Assembly: GCA_023213395.1 (NCBI GenBank)
Contig: CM041465.1
Span: 59,093,741 to 59,157,740, forward strand
From: Cycas panzhihuaensis
Taxonomy: Eukaryota > Plantae > Cycadophyta
Length of the DNA: 64,000 nt
Reading direction: 5' to 3'
Below the pieces are notes generated by a model. The model did not search any database, was not told the DNA's origin, and worked only from the letters and a program-made list of their open reading frames with translations. Within the stretch, counting starts at the first letter, position 1. The number at the start of each line of letters is the position of its first letter. Shown here piece after piece: positions 12,018-25,142 of the stretch. The position numbers were made by a program, and so were the translations under genes.

Positions 12018-14419
12018 TTGATGCACAACTTGTAGTAACTCTTATTTCACCTCCTGTTTCATAGAATGTTCTTGTAGTTTAATTGTCTCTATCATCATCA
12101 TATATTCCTAGCATTTCCTACCTTTATTTAAATATCTACTACAATAATTCTTTTAAAATATGTTTAAGAAGAGGTCACTTTAAAGTAGCTTCCTAAATGA
12201 CACTTACAAATGATCTCTTCTACTCCATTACCTCCACAATAATCTAAGACATAATCAAAGTATAGGTCATCAACCAACTTTGCCTTAATAACATAAGTAT
12301 TCTCAGCTCCTAAACCTACCGCCTTTGAAGAAGCTATCTTAGACCAAAAGTGGAAAGTAACCATGAATAAGGAAATGAACTCCATTTTATAAAATGACAC
12401 TTGTGAGTTAGTTGAGCTACCAAATGGAAAGAAACCAATTGATTGTTGATGGATTTACAAAATAAAATTTCATGCAAATAACTCTATTAAACATTATAAA
12501 GTATGATTAATTTTTAAAGGTTTCAAATATATTAAGGGCATCAATTATGATGACACATTTACCATTATTGCTAACATGACCACTGTGAGGCTTGTCTTAG
12601 CATTAGCAACTTAATTTAATTGGCCTATCTTCTAGATAGATGTAAATGGTACCTTTCTGAATAGTGAATTATAAGAGAAGGCATACTTAAATTAACCTCT
12701 TGGCTATGTTATTTGTGGAAAAGAACATATAGTCTGGAAGTTAAAGAAGTCTCTTTATGGACTTAAACAATCACCTCGTATTTGGTATGTAAAAATAGAT
12801 GAGTACTTTTAGAAGCATGGACTTATGCTCATATTTAAATCCTAATTTATACATTAGAATTCAAGATAACTTAATCACTCTAGTTGTGCTATATGTTAAT
12901 CATTTGTTAATAATGGATAATGACACAATGGATTTCATACCTTCAAGGAGAATTAAATAACAATTTTGAGATAATTGACCTTGGGTTCTTTCACTATTTT
13001 CTTGGCATAGAAGTTTAGCAGTAGCCAGGCTGCATCTTCCTTTTGTAGCCTAAATATATAGGGAGACCCTTCAAAAGTTTATAATGGAGGAATATAAGCC
13101 ATTGCCAACCCCTATAGAGACTAGACTTAAGATGGATATTGATAAGTGTGGTAAACCTGTCGATCCTACTTTGTATAGACAACTTGTGGGAAAACTAATT
13201 TATCTCACATATACTCAACCAAATATTTTATATGCTATTGGGATCTTCTCTAGGTTTATGACTCAACCCAAGATTTTACACTAGAAAATAATTATATATA
13301 TCCTAAGATATCTTTAGGGTTCACTTTAATTTGGACTTAATTACTGCCAAGTGGACAATCCTTCTTTGGTAAGATATATAAATGTTGATTGGGTTGGTTG
13401 CAAGGATAGTCATAGATTGACCTTAGTTTATTTCTTTAACCTAGGTTCTATCTCTATTTTTTGGAGTTATAAAAATAAGCCAAAGATCACCTTGTCCTCT
13501 ACTGAAGCAGAGTACATAGTTGTTTTCAATGCAACTACAAAGGCTATATGGCTTAGAAAGATTCTTGAAGAGCTTGGTATTGATTAAACGTAAGCTATTA
13601 CTCTTTAATGTGATAATCAATGTGTCCTCAAATTAACCAAGAATCTTATATTCCATACAAGAATAAAGAATATCGAGGTTCACCATCACTTCATCAGGGA
13701 GCACGTTCAGGATAGAGAGATTGATTTGGTTTACAAGTTTATCGACGAACATTTTGTTAATATCTTCACCAAAGTACTTAATTGTCATAAGTTCAAATGG
13801 TTTTAGCATGGCCTCGATATTAGAATTAATAAATTCATTATTAAGGGAGGGTGATAGAAGAATTAATGATGTTTTCATTAATTCATCTTTAGTCATTATA
13901 AATATATTATACATTTATAATTATTAAATTAAGTTATTAAGTCATGATTATGTGATAAAGTACATTATAAGTGTTTTATTTTCATATTAGTGGTTAATTA
14001 CAACATGAAGTGGTGAGCCTAATATGTATAGGGTCATATATACTCACACCTCATTATAATATATGTGTATTGATCATACAAGGTGCCAAATATCACCTTG
14101 TATGATCACCCTTTCACATACACTCTTGCCTCTCATAATTGTTTATTTTATATATATGTGAGGCAACATTTATGTAATTTATTATATTAACAAATAAATG
14201 TTCATGAAATTGATTTTGGAGCCTTAATTAGTTTAACTTCCTCATATCCATTGTTGTTATTTTTTATGTTTTGTGTGATTTGATCCTAGCTGGAAGTTAG
14301 CATGAATGCTGCTTCCTTCACATTTTACTCTCTCTCTAAAATTGATTTCTTATTCTCTTTTCTAAACATATTGACCTCACATTAATCATTCCTCATTCTC
14401 TTAAGAAATTAACTTCATA

Positions 14420-15480
14420 GATTTAGGAATATAGCACTAATATTATGGCCTTGGTTTACTCATGTATTGACTTATCACTCCAACTACAAAAAGCAATGTC
14501 AAGTTTGGTACAAACCATTGCATACATCAAACTATCTATTACACTCCTATATGGAATTAATTCCATAAACTTTACCTCTTTAATCATTTGAGAATATATG
14601 TCTTGAGACTTTTTATGGTTGGCATCTATAGGTATTGTTTTGGACTTGTAGTCTTGCATTCTAAACCTTTTGAGGATATTATCCAAGTATGTCGATCAAC
14701 TTAGAGAAATCTTCTTCTATTTTCCATTTCTAAACACCCATATTCCAAGGTAATGATGAATCTTTTCAATATCTCTCATCTTAAATTTAGGTGATAATCT
14801 TTTGTATGTGACAAAAGTTTCTTGTTCTTGGCAAATACAATAATATTATCAACATAAAAAGTAATTATAATAAGCATATCTTCAATATGATTTACATGTA
14901 TGTTATAATAGACATTACTCCTTGTAAAATCTTATGAGATGAGAAAGCTATCTATCTTCTAGTACCAATCTTTGAGAGATTGTTTTTGTCCATGTAGTAA
15001 CTTTTGGAGCTTACAAACTAGATGCTCCTTGCCTTTGACTGCATATCCTTTAGGTTGGTCTCTATAGATATATTTTTTTAAGATCTCCATTTAAGAACAT
15101 AGTTTTACATCCATATGACGCACCTCTAAATCATATTTTATTGCAAATGCCAATAAAACTCTAATGGATGCAATTTTATTATAGGAGAAAAGGTTTAATT
15201 GAAGACAGTACCTTTCGCTTACAAGTAACCTTCTGTGGCTAATCTTGCTTTGTACCTTTCAATTGAACAGTTTTCTTTGTGCTTGATTTTACACATGTAC
15301 TTGTATCTAACTACTTTTCTTACTAAAGGAAGGTTTTTTTAAGTGTCCCAACTTTCATTGTTCACAATCGATACATATTTCTCATCAAGTGCTTCTTACC
15401 ACATTGACAAGTCTTCATGCCCCAAGGCTTTTTATAATGTTTGTGGCTCTATAGCCATTATTTCCAAAGAATAATCTATC
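14420..15480 (-). pseudogene. Ty1/copia RT fragment (Copia D)
   Basis: ORF 14456-14686 PYRSVIDSLMYAMVCTKLDIAF. Upstream frames give YKARLA, MDVKTMFLNGDL and FYVDNII. No LTRs identified. Confidence 0.85.
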
Positions 15481-16585
15481 AACATTGTTGGAGGCTCCCT
15501 GAGGTGATCCCAGTGGGTCACTTTTGTCAACACGAGAGAAATATGGCTAGAAGATCCAGAATATTTAAAGATATAATGTTTAATATATTATTAAACTGAT
15601 GATTGAATGTTATCATGGAGTTCATATTTATACTAATCATATGAAGGGATATGGATTATCATTAATAGATGCTACCTTTCATTATTACTCATTAATGCTT
15701 AATTATATATTAATTAGGCTCACCGCAAGCTCTCTCCTCTGAAAAATGCTTTGCTTTCAAATAATTAGAAACTTGATCTTGTAAATATGGATTTTTTTTA
15801 TAATAAAATTAAATTCCCATGAATCATTTTTTTTTAGAAGTTATTTCCATTTTACAAGATATTCTTGAATGGTTCTAGATTATAGGTGATGATTTCAAAC
15901 TTTGAGGATGGATTTAGAAATTAGGAGAAGTGTGCCTTCTTCGTTTAATACTAGATGTTTAATTTGTACTAATATTTCTATTCCCAACTTTTATTTTAAG
16001 CAAGAAACATGAAAAACATTATGAACATAGGACATAGATTGTAAATTGAGGACATAAGTGACCTTTTCCACACTCCCTTGTACAATATAGACCATAAAAT
16101 TATGGGTTGAGCTTCTCTTTCTTTAATTTTTTAAGGATGCTTACTTGTATGATTATAAGCATAAATAAATCCAATCGCTTTTTGAAAAAGTTTCCTCAGT
16201 TTGATGTAAATCAACTTGCTATTTCACCCTATTTTGTACATTAGAGAGACGTTCTTATAATAAGGTGATTATATTTTTTTATTCTTATAAATAATCATCG
16301 ATTGCTGGAATACATGGATTTATACTGGTCTAATTATTTATTGAAATAAGTTCGTAACCATGTAAGGCTTAAAAAGGAGTCATTTCAATGGACATGCAGT
16401 ACGTTGTGTTATACCATCCTTTGACTAAATGTTACAATTTAACCTAGTTACTTGGTTTGTTTGCCACAATTTTGAAGATAAACTTTTAAGAATTTATTAA
16501 CAATTTTTATTTGTTCATCTATTTGTGGGTGGTAATTAGTGTTTATATTTAAGGTGGTACTTAGTTTTTAAAATAATTCCTATTA

Positions 16586-16739
16586 TTTTTATTTTTGATA
16601 GTATATATTGAATAAGTGGAATTAGATCCCTATTTGTTGAGGTTTATCACCCTTTCATCTAGTTTTCCCCTGGGGGTCGAACCTAGGACTTTCAACATTG
16701 TAGGGTAGATATCTATCGATGTGCCCTAGTGTTTGACCT
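16586..16739 (-). mobile_element. tRNA-derived SINE (~154 bp)
   Basis: Minus strand: box B GGTTCGACCCC (16673-16683), degenerate box A ~30 nt upstream, A-rich tail. 10-bp TSD ATTCCTATTA (16576-16585) / ATTCTTATTA (16740-16749) duplicates integrase codons. Confidence 0.8.
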
Positions 16740-16905
16740 ATTCTTATTAGAAATTACTTTAAAATTTTGGATTCCTATCACTAATAATGATATTTCATAA
16801 TGTATGGAGTCTATGGATTTTCTTCATAAATATTGATACGATTTAATGAACTTTAAAATCGCTTTGTATAGCTATGAAATGGGCATATTTAGTTAATCAA
16901 TTAAC

Positions 16906-16908
<3 letters not shown>

Positions 16909-16972
<64 letters not shown>
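16909..16972. repeat. (TA)32 microsatellite
   Basis: Perfect dinucleotide run inside the integrase remnant. Confidence 0.98.
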
Positions 16973-16976
<4 letters not shown>

Positions 16977-18241
16977 CTTTATTATCAGATCTTGGTAGCC
17001 CTTTCATAAAATCCATAATTAATATTTTTTCATTTTGTATATAGAATTGACAATGGTTGTAACAAACACAGTGGGAGAATATTTTCATATTTAGAACTTA
17101 CATAAATTTTACATTCATTAATAAATTTTTGGATATTATTTTTTATTTTTTTTAAAAAGAATGATCAGTTTATTTGATGTTAAGTTTTATAGAATTTAAT
17201 GTGCCTTGTTGTCAGTATTATATGTTCTTCTTTTAAAATTTGTTTAAATTTTTATTTTCTATTTTAAAATAAATTTAACCTTTGTACTATAAAATATCAT
17301 TTTTTTAATTTAAAAATTTAATAAGGTTCTTTTTAGATCTTATTGAGTAATTGGTTGATTTCACAATCTTTAGCTTATTCAGTTCTTATGTTATCTTGCC
17401 AATTAGAGTTAATAATAATGATAGCTTGAAGTTAGATTCTTTCATATTGGCATGATAATGCATCAACAATTATATTTATTTTTTCTTTTTTATGTCAAAT
17501 TTTAAAATCATATGTTTGTAGTTTATTGATCCACTTTTGTTATTGAATTGATAAATCTTATTATTTAAAAAAGTGTTGAAGACTATTATAGTCTATTTTA
17601 ATAAGAAATGTGTTACTTAGTAAACACTATTGCTATTTATGTAAGGCATGCATGATAGTTAGTATTTTTTTGTCATAGGTGGTTTTAAGTTTTTCTCGAT
17701 TATTTAATTGTCAATTTTCATAAATGATAGGTTGTCTATCTTGCATTAAGACAACACTAATACCTACTCTTAATTCATCACATTCTATGGTGAGTTTTTG
17801 TGAAATCTAGTGTCACCAATAAGGGCAAGGTTGTCATAGTCAATTTTAGATTTTCAAAATAAGATTATGTTATGCCATTCCATATGAAATATTTTTTCTT
17901 AAGAAGATTGGTCAAGATGGTAGTAATATATATATAGTTTTATATAAATCAGTAATAATATCTAATAAGTCTCAAGAATCCTTGTAATATTTTAACAATA
18001 TATGTGACAGGTTATTCTTTTAGTTTTGATTTTATATGGATTAGTCTTAATTTTATTTTTGGAAATAATATGTATTAAATAATTTATTATCATTTACTAA
18101 AATCATATTCAAATTTTTTTGTAAAATAAATTTATTCTTATAATGTATTGAGGACCTTATCTACATGGATGAGATGGTCTTTCTAATTTTTATCATAAAT
18201 AAGTATATCATCAAAGAATATTAATATAATTATTTTTAAAA

Positions 18242-19332
18242 TGATCTAAATTTTGAATGGGAAAGTGAAGACTTAAACCAATTGAAACAAAATCTAGAAT
18301 AATTTACAATAATATTACATATAATTGAAGATATGTTGAATTTTCTTATAAAACTCCTTTTATTTGTGCTCTATTGAGCATGCAAGGGACTGCTACAATG
18401 AGTTGGGAGAATAGAATGGAGTGTTGGGAACTTCTTGAGCTGCCGTATGTTTTTTGAAACCTCTGCCTTTGAAGTTTGCAAAATATTTTTGGTTGCCATT
18501 AACCAAAAATTTTCTTTCTTGGTGAAGAGATCCTGCTAGCGTCTCTTTCTTTGACTGTTTCTACTGTTGTCTTCTTCCCTCAGCTGCAACTTCAATCTTT
18601 TGGGCTCCTTCGTGATCCACACAATAGATTTTGTGTGTTGTTCTTTTGCTTTTCCATTCGTTTTCCTCTCTACATAGAATTTCAGATATTGGAGCCATTC
18701 TCTCTTTTTGGAAAGAGATTTTTAAACAACTCTCCTCGAATCTTACTCCGTACTATATCTAGGGCTGTGATGTCCTCTTTTTCCTTAGAAAAATCTATTG
18801 TTCGTGCTTAGATCTTTACCATTTAAAACCCTATAATGCATTTTACTTGCAATGGGTTTTCTGTTTTTCCATTTTCCAACGGATTCCAAAATGGTAAGAG
18901 AAATCTTAATAATTTTTTTTTAATTCAAAGATTTTTCTCTTTAAATGTGTAAAAGACACGTGTGAGAAGTTCTTCCTCGAATTTCGTATGAAACAGACTT
19001 AATTTGCACTACCAAAATTGTCGCTGTTTTTATTACTTTTACATTTTCACGTTCAGTAGCAATTCGCACCGCAGATGCACCGTGGTAGTAGTGATAGCAC
19101 CTGGGTAGCAGTGGCATCACTTGTATAATAGTGACAACACCTGGGTAGCAGTGATAGCACCTGCAGTAGTAGTTGATGCATACATTTTTTTACATTTTTT
19201 AAGCCTTTTTAAGGCATTTTTCTATTAAATAAAGACCATTAAGCCTTTTTAAGGCATTTTTCTACTAAATAAAGACCATTAACATGAAAAATAAGATATT
19301 TTAAGAGTATTGAAAGGTCTGAAAATGGATCA
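18242..19332 (-). repeat. 3' LTR of Gypsy C (1091 bp)
   Basis: Direct repeat of 24055-25142. 11 substitutions in the first ~130 bp. Confidence 0.97.
19085..19280. promoter_or_regulatory. U3 tandem repeats in the Gypsy C LTR (4 x 20 bp and 2 x 40 bp)
   Basis: GTAGCAGTGAYAGCACCTGG-like units at 19085-19164 and a 40-bp duplication at 19201-19280. Both recur in the other LTR (~24897-25090). Regulatory role is inferred only. Confidence 0.6.
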
Positions 19333-19376
19333 AAACTCTCCTTTTTTAGGAGTTCATGGCCTCATGAACTTTATAG

Positions 19377-22300
19377 TTATAGATGAGGGAATTTGATTTT
19401 CCCTATCTCCTTATTGTACCATTTTACTTTGCTAGGTACTTGTCATTTTTCTGCAATTCTGAAGGACTTGATTATGCCTTTTCGAGTCTTGGTCTGCTTC
19501 CTTTGAAGAATGCAATCATTTTGCATTGGTTCCTTTTTCTCTATTTGTAACTCCTATGGATTTGGTAAGAGTGGAACTCCATCTTCATTTTCATCCAATA
19601 TGGATGGCTCAAACATCTTCAGATTCTCAACATTCACTACGGAATACATTTTCATGAATTCTGGAAGTTCAAGCTAGAAAGCATTTTTCCCAATTTTCTT
19701 CAAGATTGTAAAAGGACCATATCGTAAAGGCTTTAGCTTTTTGCCTTCACCTTGTAATCTTTTCTTACTGAGGTACAACCAAACTCTATCTCTTTCCTTA
19801 AAGGAATGGCTAGTTTTATGTGCATCATGCCGCTATTTATATCTCTGTTGAGATTTTTGAAGTCGCTCTTCAACCTGTTAATGGATTTTTCTGATTCTTT
19901 CCAAGAATCTTTGTGCCTTTTCATCTCCTTCTTCCTCCTTTCCATTTCCTATAGAAAATTGAGTAGAGAATTCTAGATTGAAAGGACTTATATGTAGAAA
20001 TCCCAAACATATCTCAAATGGTGATTTCTGGGTTGAGCTATGGATAGCTCTATTGAATGCAAATTACAAGTATGGGAGACTTTCATCCTAAGTCTTAGGA
20101 TGCTTGGCATTGTATCCTCATAACAACTGTACTAATGTCCTATTGACAACTTCAGTCTGGCTGTCTGTTTGAGGATGAAAAGCTATGCTCATCTTTAGCT
20201 TCGTATCCATCATTCCCTAAAGTGTTTGCTAAAAATGACTCAGAAATCTGCTATCTCGATAAGAAATAATTGAGTTGGGAAGTCCAGAATACTTTCAAAC
20301 ATGCTAGAAAAATAATCTAGCTATGTCTTCTCCTGTATGTGTCTTCCTATAGGGAATCAGCATCACCATTTTACTGAACCGATCAACAACTACAAATAAA
20401 TAATCCATACCATTTTTGGTTTATGGTAGTCCTCCCAGGAAATCCATGGAGATACTTTCCCACGGTCGTGATAGAATAGGAAGTGGAATGTACAATCTAA
20501 ACTTCCTATTGGCTGACTTTAATGTGCTACATAATGTACACCCTTGTACTACTGTAGTCATATCTTGCTACATGTTTAGCCAATACATATATCGCTACAA
20601 GTTTAGCAATGTCTTTCCCACTCCAAAGTGTCCTACAACTCAAGAGGCATGAGCTTCTGTTATCCACTTCATTCGGTCTGCATGCTTTGGAATGCAAAGC
20701 TTGTCTTTCTTACAAAGAAGTCCATCTTTCAGCTAGAAATCAACAACTACTTTTCCTTACTGTAGTTGTCCAAAGATAGGCTTGAATGTCTCATCTTTCA
20801 AATACAAATCAACATATTCATCATGGCAGAAAGGTTGAAATTGCATAGCTACCAACAAACTGGAAATACCTTGCTGTTGAGGAGGTCTGGACAACAAGTC
20901 TGTAATCTTATTCGTCATTCCTTTCTTGTATTTAATCACGATGTGAAACTGCTACAAATAGGACATCCACTTCATGTGCCTAGCCGGCTGCAATTTGGAC
21001 TGAGTCTACAAGAATTACAAAGGCTTGTGGTCGGTGTGGATGACCACTTCTTTTCCCAACAAATATGGTCTCCAATGCTTCACTGCTTGGTGTAATGCAT
21101 AGAGCTCCTTATCGTAAGTTGGGTAGTTTATGACAGATCCATTAAATATCTATGAATGGTATGCTATCGGTTTTCCTTCTTGTTTCAAAACTGCTCCCAT
21201 GGCATAGCCTGAAGCATCAGTCTCCAATTCAAATGGCTTTTGCAGCAAGGGTAAAGCTAACACTGGTGCCTCACAAATTTTCTGCTTCAAAAGCCTGAAA
21301 GCGTTTTCTTGTTCATTCTCCCAATGAAACTTTACATGTCCTCCTGTCAATGCATGAAGAGGTGCTGCAATTTGAGAGAATCTGAAAATAAATTTTCTTA
21401 AATATTGACATGCACCAATGAAACTTCTTACCTCTGTGGTTGTATTAGGTCTGGGACAATTAAGAATGACTTTAATCTTTGCTAGGTCAATCTTCAATTC
21501 TCCTCCTCCAACCATGAAACCTAAGAAGATGAGAGATTGCTTTCCAAACTTGCACTTCTTTAGATTGAGTTTCAACTGCTGCTCTTAGAGAACTTTGAGC
21601 ACTTGCTCGACATGTTAGAGGTGCTCCTCCTAAGTATGGCTAAAAATCAGAATATCATCTAGATAAACAATTACAAAGTCATCAATGAAGGGTCTAAATA
21701 CCTCATTCATCAACCTCATGAAGGTGGCAGGTGCATTGCATAGACCAAACAGCATCACCAACCAAACAATCCTTGCTTCGATTTGAAGGCTATCTTCCAA
21801 GTATCCTCCTCTCAGATTTGAACCTGATGGTAGCCTAATTTTAGGTCCATTTTGCTGAAATATCTTGCCAACTACAGTTGGTCTAACAAGTCATCTATCC
21901 ATGGTAAGGGATGTCTATTCTTTATGGTGATCTTGTTCAAAGCCTGGTAGTCAATACACATTCTCCATCCTTCATCTTTCTTTAGCACCAAAACAATAGA
22001 TGAACCACATAGGGAACAACTTGGCTTGATCACTCCTTGTTCCAAGATTTATTGAATTTGCATCTTAATCTCTTCGTTCTCTAAAACAGAGTTTCGGTAG
22101 AGACTAAGATTTGGTAAAGGTGAATCAGCAACCAGCTAGATTTCATATTCAATTGCCCTTTTAGGGGGCAGCCCTTTTGGCTCTTGGAATACGTCATTGT
22201 AGCTATTCCTTAGGCCTTCAATCTGCTGCACTTGATTCCTATCCAGTGCTTGTATTGAGGACTCTACTTGCTCTTTTTCTTCCACCTTTGGCTTTATCAT

Positions 22301-23950
22301 CAGCAGCGCAAACTTCCTACAAGCATTAATCAATCTTTTCTCTTGTTGGGAAGATATTAGAGAAATCTTCTTTTGTGGCTTTGATGCATTGATCAGATAT
22401 GATTTCCTGTCCTTGATGAGTCAAATCTTTCTCAGCATCCTGTAATGAACTCCATCTCTATCATAGAGATATGGGCTGCTAAATACAACTTGACAAACAT
22501 CCAAAGGGACTACTTCACATTCAACTTCATTAATGAACTTTTCAGATATTGTAAATTTAAACTTACATTGGTGAGTAACCTGCAACTCTGAATCTTTTTG
22601 CAACCATCCAAGAGGATATGGTTTTGGATGTGCATGCATTTTTAATCCCAGTTTCTTTAGCAATGCTTCTGAGATTAAATTCTTTTAGCTTCCTCCATCA
22701 AAGATGGCATCAACCACACTTTGCTTCACTTGGATTCTTACCATGAAGAGCTCCTCTCTAATCTCTGGATCAACTTGTTGATGGTTACTTTTAGGCTCTA
22801 TATTAGCCATGAGCATCAACTTCTCATTGGCTTCTTCAATGCCACAAACATTTTCATCACCTATAGAGTTAAGTAAAGTTTTACCTTCAGTTTTAACTTT
22901 ACCTTTCCCCTTGTTCTTGGGTCATTTCTCTGGGTGTAGGAATCAACAATCTTCTATGTTGTGGCCTGCTCTCTTGCAATGAGTACAAATGACTTTGATT
23001 TGGGTGGTATTGGCTTGTTTCTTCTTGCCAAAACCTCCAATGGATTGTTGTCCAACTTTACCTAGAAACCTCATTCCTTGGGTAGGTTTGTTGCTACCTT
23101 CTTGAGGTGCAAACCTTTTCCTCTTAGCATAAGCCTTCTTGTTCCTCTTTTATATGGCAATCGCCTTCTTACTGGCTTCATCGAGTAATTTAACTTCAAA
23201 TAGTTAAAGTTCTTGCTGAGTATGCTGGTGTAGTTCTCCAATATACTTCAGCATGATATCTTTACCCAGTAAAGAGATGCCCAACACAACAGCTTGCTTT
23301 TAAAATTCTGTTGTGCAGTCTTGGACATTTTGGCCTCTTTCTTGTTGGTAATATTACCATTTAATCCTCTGTTGCTCTTCATATCCAATAGGATAGAATC
23401 ACTTCTTTATGAGGATTTTAAATTATTGCCAGGTAATTTCATTTACATTATGGGATTTAAGGTATGCATTCCACCAAATTAATGCATGCTTAGACAATTT
23501 TAAACTAGCAAAAGTAATTTTCTGTTGGTTTTTATACCTATAAATAAAAAAGTATGTTTCTAGTTGGTCCAACCAATCATCTAATTTTTTGGCATCCAAA
23601 GTTCCATCATAGATGGGCAATTCAAGTTTTGCCTCTACCTTGAATGGATGTGTGATTACCACTGGATTGTCATCTTCTTCATCTTCTTGTTGGTCTTCTA
23701 CCAGCTCTTCATTTATTTCCTCTTTCATCGGTTCATCTTCTTCCTTCTTTACGCCTTTAGCTGTTGAAGAAGAAGTTGCAACTAGTTGCACCACAAGTTG
23801 GGTTAGTCTATCGAGGTTTTGTTCCATTTTCATGAATCTTTCCTTCATCTTTTGCTTCGAATCAGCCATCTTCCTTCGCTGTTTACTTTCTTTCTTAAGA
23901 GGTTTAGTTAAAGGTTCACCCGTTAACAAATATTGATATCTAGTTTTCAT
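19377..23950 (-). pseudogene. gag-pol of Gypsy C
   Basis: ORF fragments 23423-23950, 22421-22663, 22136-22333, 21150-21575 and 20757-20939 are colinear gag-PR-RT-RH-INT with stops and frameshifts. Confidence 0.93.
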
Positions 23951-24054
23951 GAAAATTTTTACAATGAAAACAAGAGGGTTTTTCTTTTCTCTTTTCTTTA
24001 AAAATCCCTAAGTTCCTAAGGGTTTCAAGAAAACTAGCTCTGATACCAAAATAT

Positions 24055-25142
24055 TGATCTGAGTTTTGAATGGAAAAGTGAAGACTTAAACCAATTGAAA
24101 CAAAATCTAAAACAATTTATAATAATATTACATATAATTGAAGATATATTAAATTTTCTTACAAAACTCTTTTTGTTTGTGCTCTATTGAGCATGCAAGG
24201 GACTGCTACAGTGAGTTGGGAGAATAAAACAGAGTGTTGGGTGCTTCTTGAGCTGTCATACGTTTTTTGGAATCTCTGCCTTTGAAGTTTGCAAAATATT
24301 TTTGGTTGCCGTTAACCAAAAATCTTCTTTCTTAGTGAAGAGATCCTGCTAGTGTCTCTTTCTTAGACTGCTGCTACTGTTGTCTTCTTCCCTTAGCTGG
24401 AACTTTAATCTTTTGGGCTCCTTCATGATCCACATAATGGATTTTATATGTTGTTCTGTTGCTTTTCTGTTCTTTTTCCTCTCTACGCAGAATTTCAGAT
24501 GTTGGAGCCGTTCTCTCTTTTTAGAAGAGCTTTTTAAACAACTCTCCTTGAATCTTGCTTCGTACTGCGTCTAGGGCTACAACATCCTCTTTTTCCTCCA
24601 AAAGATCTATTGTTCGTGCCTAGATCTTCGCCATTTAAAACCCTATAATACGTTTTACTTGCAACAAGTTTTCTATTTTTCTGTTTTCTAACGGATTCCA
24701 AAATGGTAAGAGAAATCTTGATAAAATTCTTTTAATTCAGAGATTTTTCTCTTTAAATGTGTAGAAGACACATGTGAGAAGTTCCTCCTTGAATTTTGTG
24801 TGAAATGGACTTAATTTACACCACTAAAATTGCTGCCATTTTTATTACTTTTCTGTTTTTTACATTTCAGGTAGCGATTCCGCACTGCAGAGTACTAGTA
24901 GCGTGTGACACTTGGGTAGCAGTGAAAACACCTGCGTAGTAGTGACAGCACTTGGATAGTAGTGACTGCACCTACAATAGCAGTTGACGTATATAGTTTT
25001 TACATTTTTTAAGCCTTTTTAAGGCAATTTTCTATTAAATAAAGACCGTTAAGCCTTTTTAAGGCATTTTTCTACTAAATAAAGACCATTAACATGAAAA
25101 ATAAGATATTTTAAGAGTATTTAAAGATTCGAAAATGGATCA
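24055..25142 (-). repeat. 5' LTR of Gypsy C (1088 bp)
   Basis: Adjacent to the PBS, followed by the TSD. Confidence 0.97.

Larger units (their letters stand above)
6006..14368 (+). mobile_element. Ty1/copia element (Copia B): PR, INT, [insertion 7426-12017], RT, RH, 3' LTR
   Basis: Protease SWLIDFGPSRHMT (~6070), pre-integrase LWNQHLGHLN, integrase TPQQNG (~7040). RT/RH in ORFs 13084-13284 and 13351-13587 (LSSTEAEY). PPT AAGGGAGGG at 13843-13851, LTR from 13852. Right end uncertain (14192 or 14368). Confidence 0.85.
18242..25142 (-). mobile_element. Complete Ty3/gypsy element (Gypsy C), 6.9 kb, TSD TAAAA
   Basis: LTRs 18242-19332 and 24055-25142 (TGATC...GATCA), TAAAA on both flanks, Met-PBS 24037-24048, PPT 19333-19347. 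gag (23423-23950) with knuckle CTHCKRAGHNIEDC, RT YLDD (~21660), RH ETDASG, integrase. Confidence 0.97.

Noticed and set aside
16586-16739. Functional tRNA gene
   Set aside because: No cloverleaf or acceptor stem. It has a tail and TSD, so it is a SINE.
16897-17088. Poly-IY protein
   Set aside because: Translation artefact of the (TA)32 tract within an integrase pseudogene.
19085-19164. 20-bp repeats as a CRISPR array
   Set aside because: Head-to-tail units without unique spacers, inside both LTRs of a eukaryotic retroelement, and no cas genes.
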